From assembly GCA_051747965.1 (NCBI GenBank), contig JBNJGS010000007.1, positions 2,042-66,041 on the forward strand: DNA of 64,000 nucleotides, given 5' to 3'. The notes below the pieces were generated by a model. It was given only the letters and a program-made list of their open reading frames with translations, made no database searches and was not told where the DNA came from. Within the stretch, counting starts at the first letter, position 1, and every line of letters begins with the position of its first letter. Source of the stretch: Bacteroidota bacterium. Lineage in GTDB: Bacteria > Bacteroidota > Bacteroidia > Bacteroidales > ML635J-15. Both the position numbers and the translations under genes were made by a program. This document shows, piece by piece, positions 39,827 through 50,327 of this stretch.

Positions 39827-40672
39827 TTATTTGGTCAATGCGATATTATCGATCAGTCTGACATCCTCACACCATACTGCCACGCAAATTCTGAAAGCAT
39901 TTCCACCTTGCCAGTTATCGGTGATATGCATAGTATCTCCATCCACTATTTCAACATATTCGCAGCTCAAAAGTTCATTATCATCGATTTGCCGGATAAT
40001 TTCGGATTTTAATTCAGAGGGTGTTAATGCCGGAAAAGTTTCAGAGGCCTGTCTTAACACACGATATATAGCAGGGGCCTGCCTGCGTCCTTTTTCGGAA
40101 AGCCTTTGATTGCGTGAGCTCATGGCCAGTCCGTCTGCCTCTCTGACAATGGGAATTCCAATGACCTCCACATCCAGATTTTCACTTTTGGTCATTTGTC
40201 TGATAACCAACAATTGCTGAAAATCCTTTTCCCCGAAATAAGCACGGTCAGGCTTGACCATATTAAACAAGCGATATACAACATCCGCCACACCATCGAA
40301 ATGCCCGGGCCGAAAGTAGCCTTCCATGATTCTATCCAGTCCGGCAAGGTCAAAACTGTTCCGGGATTTGTCAGGATAGATATCCTCTGCATCCGGCATA
40401 AAAACAATATCCACTCCTTCAGCTTCCAGGATTTCCAGGTCTTTTTCCGGGGTACGGGGATATTTGGCAAGATCAGATTGATCGTTGAACTGCCTTGGAT
40501 TGACAAAGACAGAAACCACGCATATGCCATTATCATTTCTGGCCTGTCTAACCAGGCTAACATGTCCGGCATGTAAAGCGCCCATGGTAGGCACAAAGCC
40601 AGTGTTTGCATGCAGGCTTTTGAGTTCACTCAGATGCCTGTTCAATTCTGCCGGATGTTTAACAATTATCAT
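39827..40672 (-). CDS. panC: Pantoate--beta-alanine ligase
   Basis: [11 protein letters not shown] motif; 281 aa; adjacent to panD. Confidence 0.95.
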   Translation of the reverse strand: MIIVKHPAELNRHLSELKSLHANTGFVPTMGALHAGHVSLVRQARNDNGICVVSVFVNPRQFNDQSDLAKYPRTPEKDLEILEAEGVDIVFMPDAEDIYPDKSRNSFDLAGLDRIMEGYFRPGHFDGVADVVYRLFNMVKPDRAYFGEKDFQQLLVIRQMTKSENLDVEVIGIPIVREADGLAMSSRNQRLSEKGRRQAPAIYRVLRQASETFPALTPSELKSEIIRQIDDNELLSCEYVEIVDGDTMHITDNWQGGNAFRICVAVWCEDVRLIDNIALTK

Positions 40673-40759
40673 GTGTTGATATTTTTGGCAAAGATACCGC
40701 TTTCATCTTTAGCGGACAAAAATCAGCCGCAGGGAATTAACGAAAGAGGAGCTCACGAA

Positions 40760-40790
40760 TTGCATATTCATCAAATTTTATTTACTTTTG
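40760..40790 (+). promoter_or_regulatory. Candidate Bacteroidota promoter (-33 TTG / -7 TACTTTTG)
   Basis: TTG at 40760-40762 and TACTTTTG at 40783-40790, 30 nt upstream of the ATG at 40820. Confidence 0.3.
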
Positions 40791-40819
40791 TAAGATATTA
40801 ACTATACTTGCGGATTATC

Positions 40820-41632
40820 ATGAAGCAAAAAATACTTTTTGTTGCCCAGGAAATTACCCCTTACCTTCCTGAATCAGAAATGTCCCTGATTGGACGGCAC
40901 TTACCCCAGGGGATTCAGGAAAAAGGGAAAGAAATCAGGACCTTTATGCCAAGATTCGGCTCCATCAATGAGCGAAGAAATCAGTTGCATGAAGTAATCC
41001 GGCTTTCCGGAATGAATTTAATCATTGAAGACTACGACCATCCTCTGATCATCAAGGTTGCATCCATTCAATCTGCAAGGATGCAGGTCTACTTTATTGA
41101 TAATGAGGAGTTTTTCAAAAGAAAAGCCACAGTAAAGGACAAAAACGGAAAAGAATTTGAGGACAATGACAAACGTGCTGTATTTTTCGCACGCGGTGTA
41201 ATTGAAACAGTAAAAAAATTGTGCTGGTCTCCTGACCTGGTACATGTACACGGCTGGTTTTCAGCATTTGTTCCACTGTATCTCAAAAAATCATACAAAG
41301 ATGATCCCTTGTTCAGCGACCTGAAAGTTGTTTACAGCATTTATGAAGAAGGATTTGAAGATGATTTAAGTAAAAGCGTTGTAAATACAGCCATGTTTGA
41401 AGGTGTTGAGAAAGGCGATCTGAAAAAACTCGCGGAGAAGCAGGATTTTGTAACACTCAACAAGCTGGCCATCGACAATTCTGATGCTGTGATTTTGGGC
41501 AGCAAAAACATACATCCTGAGCTGGCATCATATGTAAAAGAGAAAAAAATTCCTGTTCTTGAATACCAGGACCCCGAAAATTACGTTGATGCTTATTCAG
41601 ACTTTTATGATAAAATATTAGAAGCGGAATAA
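40820..41632 (+). CDS. Short glycogen/starch synthase-like protein (GT5 N-terminal domain type common in Bacteroidota)
   Basis: Start at the ATG (MKQKILFVAQEITPY). Conserved panC | glgA-like - DUF4270 - glmS neighbourhood. Confidence 0.8.
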   Translation: MKQKILFVAQEITPYLPESEMSLIGRHLPQGIQEKGKEIRTFMPRFGSINERRNQLHEVIRLSGMNLIIEDYDHPLIIKVASIQSARMQVYFIDNEEFFKRKATVKDKNGKEFEDNDKRAVFFARGVIETVKKLCWSPDLVHVHGWFSAFVPLYLKKSYKDDPLFSDLKVVYSIYEEGFEDDLSKSVVNTAMFEGVEKGDLKKLAEKQDFVTLNKLAIDNSDAVILGSKNIHPELASYVKEKKIPVLEYQDPENYVDAYSDFYDKILEAE

Positions 41633-41637
41633 ACTTT

Positions 41638-42900
41638 ATGAAGAAAACATGGATTCTACTCATTATCACACTATCAGTTTTTTTTACTCTCATTTCGTGT
41701 GAAGATGAACCCTCAGAAGTAGGTGTCAGTTTACAGCCAGGTTCAGATAAAATCGTTGTAGCCACCGACACCCTTAGTGTAGAAACTCACACCCGCCGTG
41801 ACAGCAGCATTGCTACAGATGAACGCACAATCAGTCTGCTTGGCAGTGTCAGCGAACCGGATTTTGGAATTACCACAGCAGGTTTCATCACCCAAACCCG
41901 ACTTTCCTCAACCGATGTGGAGGAGGATGTGGAGATACAGGTTGATTCACTGGAACTTGTACTGGATTACAGTAATTATTATGGTGACACAAGCAGTAAC
42001 ATCAGTTTCAGTTTGTATCAGATTGTCAATACGGATTTTCATGTTGACAGTGCTTATTATTCCGATTATACGCCGGATGAATCCGCAGGCAATCTGAATC
42101 TGCTGGGTGAATATGAAATTGAAGTAAGGCCATCGGACACATTGCTCTACCTTACAATCAGTGATGAGGACTTTTTGTCCTTATTCGAGAATAAAAGTAT
42201 TTACAACAGCAATGAGGATTTTCTCGATGTTTTTAAAGGTTTCTACCTGAAAGCCGACGATCAGACATCAAATGGCGGATGTATCGCCTATTTTAATCTT
42301 GTCAGTGATAACAGCCGTTTGATCATGCATTACAATGAGGAGGATACTTACGATTTTCTCATCAACTACAATTCAGTAAGAATTAACCTTTTTGATCATG
42401 ATTACAGTACATCAGCCGGTGAATTGCAATCAGCCCTGACAGATACGGATAATGAAGAAATTTCATTCATTCATTCAGGTGCCGGATTAACAACGGAAGT
42501 CAGAATAAAAGATACCGCCAGGCTCAATGAACTCGCCGATAAAGGCATCAACAAAGCTCAGCTTCAGGTAAAGATTCATCCCGACTTCTTTAATGATTAC
42601 GGCAATCCTGAACAAATGACCATTGTATATGAAAACGATATGGGATTATTTGAGTTCCTTACAGATTACAAAGTGAGCTCCAGTCATTTTGGAGGGGAAA
42701 TCACGGCATCAGGCGAATACATTTTCAACATTCCGTTTTATTTACAGGATTTGATTGCCAACGATGGAAGCATACAACTTGACAATTCATTGTTTATGTT
42801 CGGGCTGAATAACAGAACCGACGTAAGCCACTGCGCTATATACGGAGGAAATCATCCTGACAATCCGTTACAGATACTGATTGTCAACTCAGATTATTGA
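41638..42900 (+). CDS. DUF4270-like lipoprotein
   Basis: Signal peptide plus LISCEDE lipobox; 420 aa. The position between the glycogen synthase-like gene and glmS is typical for DUF4270. Confidence 0.65.
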   Translation: MKKTWILLIITLSVFFTLISCEDEPSEVGVSLQPGSDKIVVATDTLSVETHTRRDSSIATDERTISLLGSVSEPDFGITTAGFITQTRLSSTDVEEDVEIQVDSLELVLDYSNYYGDTSSNISFSLYQIVNTDFHVDSAYYSDYTPDESAGNLNLLGEYEIEVRPSDTLLYLTISDEDFLSLFENKSIYNSNEDFLDVFKGFYLKADDQTSNGGCIAYFNLVSDNSRLIMHYNEEDTYDFLINYNSVRINLFDHDYSTSAGELQSALTDTDNEEISFIHSGAGLTTEVRIKDTARLNELADKGINKAQLQVKIHPDFFNDYGNPEQMTIVYENDMGLFEFLTDYKVSSSHFGGEITASGEYIFNIPFYLQDLIANDGSIQLDNSLFMFGLNNRTDVSHCAIYGGNHPDNPLQILIVNSDY

Positions 42901-42921
42901 AAACCAAATTAGAACAACATT

Positions 42922-44763
42922 ATGTGTGGAATTGTAGGATATATAGGGAACAAACAAGCATATCCAATACTGATAAAGGGTCTGAAACGGCTTGAGTATC
43001 GCGGGTATGATTCTGCAGGAATCGCTGTAATGAATCACAAAAACAGGGTTTATAAACGCAAAGGTAAAGTTCAGGAACTGGAGCAACTTGTACAAGACAA
43101 GGATATTGACGGAAACATTGGTCTTGGTCATACACGCTGGGCTACCCATGGCGAACCCAATGATATCAATGCCCACCCGCATGTCAGCATGAACGGCATA
43201 TTCACCATCATCCACAATGGCATTATTGAAAACTACACCCGGTTGAAAGAAAAGCTGGAAAACAGAGGCTATACTTTTGCGAGCGAAACCGATACAGAAG
43301 TTCTTGCCAACCTGATTGAATATATATATCTCAAAGGGAATATTTCAGCAGAAACAGCCGTGAGGCTTGCACTGAGTAAAGTGGTTGGTGCCTACGGCCT
43401 TGTTATTGCCTGCAGGGATGAGAAAGACAAACTAATAGCAGCAAGGAAAGGGTCGCCCCTGGTCATTGGTGTGGGCAATAAAGAATATTTTCTTGCCAGT
43501 GATGCCACCCCCATTGTTGAGCACACAAAATCTGTCATCTACCTGCAGGACGACGACATTGCCGTAATATCCCGCAATGGCCTTACCCTCAGAAACCTGG
43601 GAAGCGTGGAAGACATTAAAAAACCCATTGTCCACAAACTGGAGCTGGATGTTGATGAGATTGAAAAAAATGGTTTCGACCATTATATGCTTAAGGAGAT
43701 ACATGAGCAGCCAAAATCAATCAGGGATACATTCCGTGGCCGCATCAATCCCAAAACCCATGAGTTAAAACTCGGTGGACTCCACTATGTCATGGATGAT
43801 CTGGTGAAAGCCAAGCGCATCATCATTATAGCCTGTGGCACGAGTTATCATGCCGGCCTTGTTGGTGAATACCTGCTGGAGGAGTTCAGCCGTATCCCTA
43901 CAGAGGTTGAATACGCATCAGAATTCAGGTACAGAGACCCCATCATCTATGAAGATGATATAGTTATTGCCATAAGCCAGAGTGGAGAAACCGCTGATAC
44001 ACTGGCAGCCATTGAAAGTGCAAAGGAAAAAGGGGCCACTGTTCTGGGTATATGCAATGTGGTAGGCTCAAGTATCCCTCGTGCTACTATGGGCGGGGTA
44101 TATACCCATGCCGGGCCGGAAATTGGTGTGGCATCAACCAAAGCCTTCACCACCCAGGTAACCGTACTTACCATGATTGCCATGGAAATCGGCCAGAAAA
44201 ACGGCAAGCTAAGCCAGGCCGAGTATGAGGAGCTGATTGAAGAGCTCAGTCTCATACCTGAAAAAATCAGCTCCATATTAACCCAGGATGAATACATCAA
44301 AGGAATCAGTGAAATATACAAAAATGCCACCAATGCCCTGTACCTGGGCCGCGGATACCTGTACCCCGTTGCCCTTGAAGGTGCACTGAAGCTTAAAGAA
44401 ATCTCCTATATCCATGCCGAAGGTTATCCGGCCGCAGAAATGAAACACGGGCCCATCGCGCTGATTGATGAAAATATGCCGGTCATCATTGTGGCCACCA
44501 AAGACAAATCATACGACAAAATCGTAAGCAACATACAGGAGGTTAAAGCCAGGAAAGGTATCGTCATAGCAATTGTAAGCAAAGGGGATGACACCATCAG
44601 TAAAATGGCCGACCATGTGGTAGAAGTACCTCAGTCAGATTTTGCACTTGCACCCCTGCTGACAGTTATACCATTACAACTGATCTCTTATTACATCGCG
44701 GTAATGCGGGGTTGTAATGTTGACCAACCCAGGAATCTTGCAAAATCTGTAACTGTGGAATGA
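42922..44763 (+). CDS. glmS: Glutamine--fructose-6-phosphate aminotransferase
   Basis: N-terminal MCGIVGYIG (Cys nucleophile), two SIS domains, C-terminal KSVTVE; 613 aa. Confidence 0.95.
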   Translation: MCGIVGYIGNKQAYPILIKGLKRLEYRGYDSAGIAVMNHKNRVYKRKGKVQELEQLVQDKDIDGNIGLGHTRWATHGEPNDINAHPHVSMNGIFTIIHNGIIENYTRLKEKLENRGYTFASETDTEVLANLIEYIYLKGNISAETAVRLALSKVVGAYGLVIACRDEKDKLIAARKGSPLVIGVGNKEYFLASDATPIVEHTKSVIYLQDDDIAVISRNGLTLRNLGSVEDIKKPIVHKLELDVDEIEKNGFDHYMLKEIHEQPKSIRDTFRGRINPKTHELKLGGLHYVMDDLVKAKRIIIIACGTSYHAGLVGEYLLEEFSRIPTEVEYASEFRYRDPIIYEDDIVIAISQSGETADTLAAIESAKEKGATVLGICNVVGSSIPRATMGGVYTHAGPEIGVASTKAFTTQVTVLTMIAMEIGQKNGKLSQAEYEELIEELSLIPEKISSILTQDEYIKGISEIYKNATNALYLGRGYLYPVALEGALKLKEISYIHAEGYPAAEMKHGPIALIDENMPVIIVATKDKSYDKIVSNIQEVKARKGIVIAIVSKGDDTISKMADHVVEVPQSDFALAPLLTVIPLQLISYYIAVMRGCNVDQPRNLAKSVTVE

Positions 44764-44821
44764 TGCTTTGCATACTAAAGATATGATTTTTTAGTTGTTA
44801 TAATATTAAGGAAAACACAAC

Positions 44822-47533
44822 TTGAAAAAAACGACAATACATATTAAACCGGCCATAGTACTGATCATGCTGGTGGTTTTATCATGTTCCACGGAAAAGA
44901 ACACCTGGCTGACCCGCTCGTATCATAACCTTACAGCACATTACAATGTATATTTCAATGGACGTGAAGCATATCGCAAAGGTATGCAGCGCATTGAAGA
45001 CCAATACACTTTTGACTTTACGCGCCGGCTGCCGGTTTACCTGACTGGAATAGAAGAAACAGCCCAGTCCTCGGTCTCCGATATGGACAAAGCCATCAAG
45101 AAAGCATCAAAAACCATAAAATACCATTCCATTAAGGCAAAGCCTAAACAAAAAGACGGCAGGCAGAGTGAGAGTGAAAAAGAATTCATGAATAAGAATG
45201 AATACAACAAATGGGTGGATGATGCTTATCTTTTGATGGGCAAAGCCTATTTTGTGAAAAATGAATTTCTTCCGGCACGACAGAATTTCGAATACATCAT
45301 CCGTGAATTCCCCAAAGAGCCTGTCCGTTTTGAGGCCATGCTGATGCTGGGACGCACTGCCCTTGCTACAGGCAACCTCAAGGGAACCAAGAAATGGATT
45401 GACCAGATTGACGGTGAGGATGAGTTCCCTGAAGACCTTCAGGCAGAATGGGAAATCCTCAATGCAGCCTATTATCTTGAGCTGAACAATCCCGACCGTG
45501 CCATACCGCATCTAAAAAAAGCCATAGAAGAAAACGACAATAAAAGTCAACGCATCCGGCACAGATACATTCTTGCTCAGCTATACAAGGATCAGGGGGA
45601 ATTCAGAAAAGCGGCTGAAATGTTTGAAACTGTCAATAAAAAGAGTGATGATTATGAGATGGGATTCAATGCCAAAATAAATATGGCAGAGTGTTACGGC
45701 AAACTCGGCGGCTCCTATAAAGACATGAGGAAATTGCTGAGTAAAATGATTAAGGACGATAAAAATATTGAATATCTTGATCAGGTTTATTATGCTTTGG
45801 CAGAAGTAGAATACAAAAACGGCAACAGAGAAGAAGGGATTAAGAATTACAAATTGTCCAGTGAACACTCTTCAACAAACAACAACCAAAAAGCACTTTC
45901 ATGCATGCGGCTTGGTGACATATATTATGAAGAACCTGACTACAGATTGTCCCAGGCATATTATGATACCTGCATGCTTAATTTGTCCAACTCACATCCC
46001 AGGTACAATGAAATCAAAGACCTGAGCAGAAACCTGTCAGACCTGGTAAATTCCCTGGACATCGTTGAAACACAGGACAGTTTACAGGCTATGGCAAACA
46101 TGAGTGAAGCTGAAAGAAACAAGATAATTGATAAAGAAATTCAGGCAATCATTGAAGAGGAAAAAAGGCAGCAGGAAATGGAGCGTCAGCAGCAAGAGAA
46201 TTCCATGTTGTTTGATGAACGCCGGGGCAGCAACCGTACCAATGCACCAAGCGGGGGCAAATGGTACTTCTACAATCCGGCAACTTTAAGCCATGGTAGC
46301 AATGAGTTCCAGAAAAAATGGGGCAACAGAAAGCTGGAAGACCACTGGCGCAGGAGCAATAAATCAAGTGTTAGCAGCGATCAGATAGAAAGTGACACCA
46401 CCGGTGCCGACAGTCTGGCAGGCCCCAAGGTGACAGACAACAAATCCAGAGAATACTACTTGCAGGACGTACCGCTAAATGATTCCCTGATGGAAATATC
46501 CAATGAGAAAATCATGGATGCCCTGTTCAGTGCCGGCAATATATATATGGATAAATTCAAAGATTATGACAGAGCAATAGAAACATTCGGAGAACTCAAC
46601 AGCCGGTACCCCGAGCATGATTACAAGCTCCTGACCTATTACAACCTCTACGAGCTGCACAACAATAAGAATGAAGTTTCTCAAGCGGAAACATTCAAAC
46701 AAAAAGTCATTGAGAATTTCCCGGACAGCAATTATGCGAAAATCCTGGAAAACCCGAATTATGTACAGGAACTGCTTGCCAGGGAAGAAAAAGAAAAGCA
46801 AGCTTACGAAGCAATGTACAATGCCTACAGAGCCGGCAAGCTCACACAAGCAAATCAGATGGCTGCAGACTTTTATGAAACCTATCCGGATTCTGAGATA
46901 ACAGATAAAGTAAAATTCATTGATTTGATGGCAAGTGCACTGAATATGGAGCAGATTGAACTCAAACAGGAGCTGGCCCGTTATATTCAGAATTATCCGG
47001 AATCACCATTGTCAAACAGAGCTTCAGATATTTTATCATACCTGGGAGAAAGCGATGTTGATGCACTACTTGCAGACCTGGAAAGCAGGCCTGAAGTAGT
47101 ACGGGAAGAAAGCACTGACACAAGCAGAAGAGAAACAGATGCCCCGGAAGCAGAAGAAACCATATATGAGCATGCTCCGGATGAGACACATTATTACATG
47201 GTCAGTGCCAATACAAAGAATGTTGATACCAAACAACTGAGGTTTGAAATATCAAATTTCAACATTTTCACTTTTAATATTACCACATTCAGGGTGCTGT
47301 ATTATATGATTGATGAAGATGAAGAACTTGTTTTTGTACGTAGCTTTAAATCAGAACGACAAGCCGCCAATTACATGAATCTGATTGAGAACAATCAAAA
47401 TGTATTTGGCGATCTGAACCCGGAAGATTACGAGCAGTTTATTATTTCGGAAAGCAATTATGACAAGCTTAAAAAAGCCAAAGATGTTGATGAATATCTG
47501 GAATTTTACCGTAACAATTATCTGAACGAATAA
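44822..47533 (+). CDS. sprE: T9SS periplasmic TPR lipoprotein SprE/PorW
   Basis: TTG start, lipobox VLSCS, then TWLTRSYHNLTAHYNVYFNG, the conserved SprE/PorW N-terminal motif. TPR-like repeats throughout; 903 aa. Confidence 0.75.
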   Translation: MKKTTIHIKPAIVLIMLVVLSCSTEKNTWLTRSYHNLTAHYNVYFNGREAYRKGMQRIEDQYTFDFTRRLPVYLTGIEETAQSSVSDMDKAIKKASKTIKYHSIKAKPKQKDGRQSESEKEFMNKNEYNKWVDDAYLLMGKAYFVKNEFLPARQNFEYIIREFPKEPVRFEAMLMLGRTALATGNLKGTKKWIDQIDGEDEFPEDLQAEWEILNAAYYLELNNPDRAIPHLKKAIEENDNKSQRIRHRYILAQLYKDQGEFRKAAEMFETVNKKSDDYEMGFNAKINMAECYGKLGGSYKDMRKLLSKMIKDDKNIEYLDQVYYALAEVEYKNGNREEGIKNYKLSSEHSSTNNNQKALSCMRLGDIYYEEPDYRLSQAYYDTCMLNLSNSHPRYNEIKDLSRNLSDLVNSLDIVETQDSLQAMANMSEAERNKIIDKEIQAIIEEEKRQQEMERQQQENSMLFDERRGSNRTNAPSGGKWYFYNPATLSHGSNEFQKKWGNRKLEDHWRRSNKSSVSSDQIESDTTGADSLAGPKVTDNKSREYYLQDVPLNDSLMEISNEKIMDALFSAGNIYMDKFKDYDRAIETFGELNSRYPEHDYKLLTYYNLYELHNNKNEVSQAETFKQKVIENFPDSNYAKILENPNYVQELLAREEKEKQAYEAMYNAYRAGKLTQANQMAADFYETYPDSEITDKVKFIDLMASALNMEQIELKQELARYIQNYPESPLSNRASDILSYLGESDVDALLADLESRPEVVREESTDTSRRETDAPEAEETIYEHAPDETHYYMVSANTKNVDTKQLRFEISNFNIFTFNITTFRVLYYMIDEDEELVFVRSFKSERQAANYMNLIENNQNVFGDLNPEDYEQFIISESNYDKLKKAKDVDEYLEFYRNNYLNE

Positions 47534-47576
47534 GCATCCTGCTTGTTTACTATACACATATTAAACCGCATTGTAC

Positions 47577-49142
47577 ATGAACAAAATACAGATTCTCTGG
47601 ACTGATGATGAAATTGACCTGCTAAAACCACACATCATTTTTCTTGAACACAAGGGTTATCAGGTAGATACAGCAACAAACGGCAAGGATGCCATAGATT
47701 ATGTAAAGGAAAAAAACTATGATCTGATATTTTTGGATGAAAACATGCCCGGTCTCAGCGGACTGGAAACCCTAGAGCAGATCAAAGATATTGCCCCTTC
47801 TGTTCCTGTTGTGATGATCACCAAAAGTGAAGAAGAAAACATCATGGATCAGGCCATTGGCGCAAGAATCAATGACTACCTGATAAAACCTGTCAATCCA
47901 AAACAAATTCTTTTGTCAATCAAGAAAAACATTGACCACGATCGCCTGGTTTCGGAAAAAACCAGTATGGATTATCAGGTAGAATTCCGGAAACTTGGCA
48001 TGCGCCTCAACGAACAACTCAATTACCAGGAATGGGTAGATATATATAAAGAGCTCACCGGCTGGGAACTTAAAATCGAAGCTTCCGAAGACGGCACCAT
48101 GGATGAAATTCTCAGGATGCAAAAACAGGAAGCAAGCAACAGCTTTGGGAAATTTATCAGTAGAAATTATGAATCCTGGTTAAAATCAGACAAAGATGAC
48201 AAACCCCTGATGTCACATCAGTTATTGAAAAAGCAGGTCTTCCCGCTCCTCAAAGAGAACAAAAAGGTTGTTTTCATGCTGATCGATAACCTGAGATACG
48301 ACCAGTGGAAAGTAATACAGCCCCTGATCTCACGATTTTACCATGTGAAATCTGATAACATGTATTGTACCATACTGCCGACAGCCACTCAATATGCCAG
48401 AAATGCCATTTTTAGCGGCCTCATGCCATCTGAAATACATAAGAAATACCCTGACTTGTGGAAAAACGACCACGAAGAAGGAGGGAAAAATCTACATGAG
48501 GAGGAAATGCTGCAAAGCCTGATTCAACGTTTTTTTGGAAAAGAAAAGACTACCCATTATGAAAAGGCTTTTGATATCAGTTACTGTACCAAAATCAAGG
48601 AAAAACTACACAGCATACTCCATCACGACCTCAACGCCATTGTGGTCAATTTTGTGGACATGATGTCCCATGCCCGCACGGACATGAAAATGATACGCGA
48701 ACTTACCGGTAACGAGTCAGCATACCGCTCACTGACCAAATCATGGTTTCAGTATTCTCCCCTCTTTGATTTGATACAGGGACTTGCCGAACATGACATA
48801 GAACTCATACTCACTTCTGACCATGGCAGCATCATGGTTCAGAATCCTGTGAAGGTTATTGGTGACAGGAACACAACCACAAACCTGAGGTACAAGCAGG
48901 GCAAAAATCTGGATTACAATCCAAAAGACGTTTTTGAAATCAAAGATCCCCGCAAAGCGTTCCTGCCCAAATCAAACATAAGCTCAACATATATTTTTGC
49001 CACCGGTCATGATTATTTTGTATATCCCAACAATTACAAACATTACATGAATATGTACAAGGGAACCTTACAACATGGTGGCATATCCATGGAGGAAATG
49101 CTTGTTCCCCTGATTCACTTAAGTCCAAAACCAGGTTTATGA
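47577..49142 (+). CDS. porX: T9SS response regulator PorX (CheY receiver + PglZ/alkaline-phosphatase-like domain)
   Basis: Receiver motifs (WTDDE, LIFLDENMPGLSG, ITKS); PglZ motifs LIDNLRYDQW, LPTATQYAR, DMMSHAR, LTSDHGS. Confidence 0.85.
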   Translation: MNKIQILWTDDEIDLLKPHIIFLEHKGYQVDTATNGKDAIDYVKEKNYDLIFLDENMPGLSGLETLEQIKDIAPSVPVVMITKSEEENIMDQAIGARINDYLIKPVNPKQILLSIKKNIDHDRLVSEKTSMDYQVEFRKLGMRLNEQLNYQEWVDIYKELTGWELKIEASEDGTMDEILRMQKQEASNSFGKFISRNYESWLKSDKDDKPLMSHQLLKKQVFPLLKENKKVVFMLIDNLRYDQWKVIQPLISRFYHVKSDNMYCTILPTATQYARNAIFSGLMPSEIHKKYPDLWKNDHEEGGKNLHEEEMLQSLIQRFFGKEKTTHYEKAFDISYCTKIKEKLHSILHHDLNAIVVNFVDMMSHARTDMKMIRELTGNESAYRSLTKSWFQYSPLFDLIQGLAEHDIELILTSDHGSIMVQNPVKVIGDRNTTTNLRYKQGKNLDYNPKDVFEIKDPRKAFLPKSNISSTYIFATGHDYFVYPNNYKHYMNMYKGTLQHGGISMEEMLVPLIHLSPKPGL

Positions 49143-49564
49143 AAACATATGTTTTACAATCCCCGGAAGATTTGGCTGATGTAGCTGCTGAATTTCTTGA
49201 GGATTTCGGGCAGCAACAGCTCTTTGCCTTTTATGCGCCAATGGGTGCGGGAAAAACCACTTTCATTAAAGCATTGTGCAAAAGCCTTGAAGTAGAAGAC
49301 AATGTTACAAGCCCCACATTTGCAATCCTGAATGAATATTACACCCCGGATGATATGCTCATTTGCCACTATGATTTTTACAGGATTGAAAAAGAAGAAG
49401 AAATCATGAGAATCGGCTTTGATGAGTACCTGGGTTTTGCCGATAAGATTTTCATTGAATGGCCGGAGAATGCTCCCGGTGTTTTGCCCCGTGAGCGTGT
49501 CAATGTATATATTGAAATCAGGGAAGACCACCGCTTACTGAGAGCAGAACTTGTCGGAAGATGA
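49139..49564 (+). CDS. tsaE: tRNA threonylcarbamoyladenosine biosynthesis ATPase TsaE
   Basis: P-loop YAPMGAGKTTFIKAL, SPTFAI, HYDFYR motifs. ATGA overlap with porX. Confidence 0.9.
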   Translation: MKTYVLQSPEDLADVAAEFLEDFGQQQLFAFYAPMGAGKTTFIKALCKSLEVEDNVTSPTFAILNEYYTPDDMLICHYDFYRIEKEEEIMRIGFDEYLGFADKIFIEWPENAPGVLPRERVNVYIEIREDHRLLRAELVGR

Positions 49565-49611
49565 AACTGCCTCTGCGGATAAGCAAATAAAACACAACAC
49601 AATTTTGCAGG

Positions 49612-50238
49612 CTATCTCAGTACTGATTTAATCTCTTTCTCTACTTTCTTTTCCGGCTGGTGATGCAGGACATTAAAACCCAACTCCCCGGCAACCCTGA
49701 TATTGTCTGCATTGTCATCAATAAACAAACTATCTGCCGGTTTGATTCCGGCATCCGCTGCCATACGCCGGAATATTTCAGGATCAGGTTTCCGCAGTCC
49801 CATCTCATGGGAGTAATATGCTTTGTCGAAATAGGCACTCAGCCCCTTTTTGTTGAATCTGCGTCTTACCTGTGCATCATACACGCTGTAATGTATACTG
49901 TTGGTATTGCTGAGCAAAAACAAGGGATATTGCTTTCTGAGCTGAACCAGCATATCCATGGTTTCCGGTCTGAAATCCAGAATAATTGTACTCCAGGCCT
50001 GGTCTATCTGCTCATCCGTCCAGTCCTCTCCGGATAGACGACGCATTTCCTCCCGGAATTCCGCCTCTGATATCCTGCCGGTTTCCAGGCTGTCAAACAA
50101 ATCAGCCTGCAGGCTCTGATGATACAAATTGTCAAAATCCGACAAGCCAAGATTTTTAAATGCATGAACAGGGGCATTAAAATCTATGGGCAAAAGTACC
50201 TGTCCCAAATCAAAAACAATATTTTTAATCTCTGCCAT
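49612..50238 (-). CDS. HAD-superfamily hydrolase (subfamily IA-like)
   Basis: Start moved to MAEIKNIVFDLGQVLL (motif I); LLSNTN (motif II); FIDDNADN (motif IV). Confidence 0.8.
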   Translation of the reverse strand: MAEIKNIVFDLGQVLLPIDFNAPVHAFKNLGLSDFDNLYHQSLQADLFDSLETGRISEAEFREEMRRLSGEDWTDEQIDQAWSTIILDFRPETMDMLVQLRKQYPLFLLSNTNSIHYSVYDAQVRRRFNKKGLSAYFDKAYYSHEMGLRKPDPEIFRRMAADAGIKPADSLFIDDNADNIRVAGELGFNVLHHQPEKKVEKEIKSVLR

Positions 50239-50327
50239 AATTTCTGTCCTCCCAATGCACAAAATTAAGAAATACCGACAATATTTTGCTTTGCGGCTTT
50301 TAATTTGTATCTTAATGCTTTCATAAT

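Noticed and set aside
42901-42921. glmS ribozyme upstream of glmS.
   Set aside because: Only 21 nt separate glmS from the preceding gene, which is far too short. The ribozyme is also not expected in this phylum.
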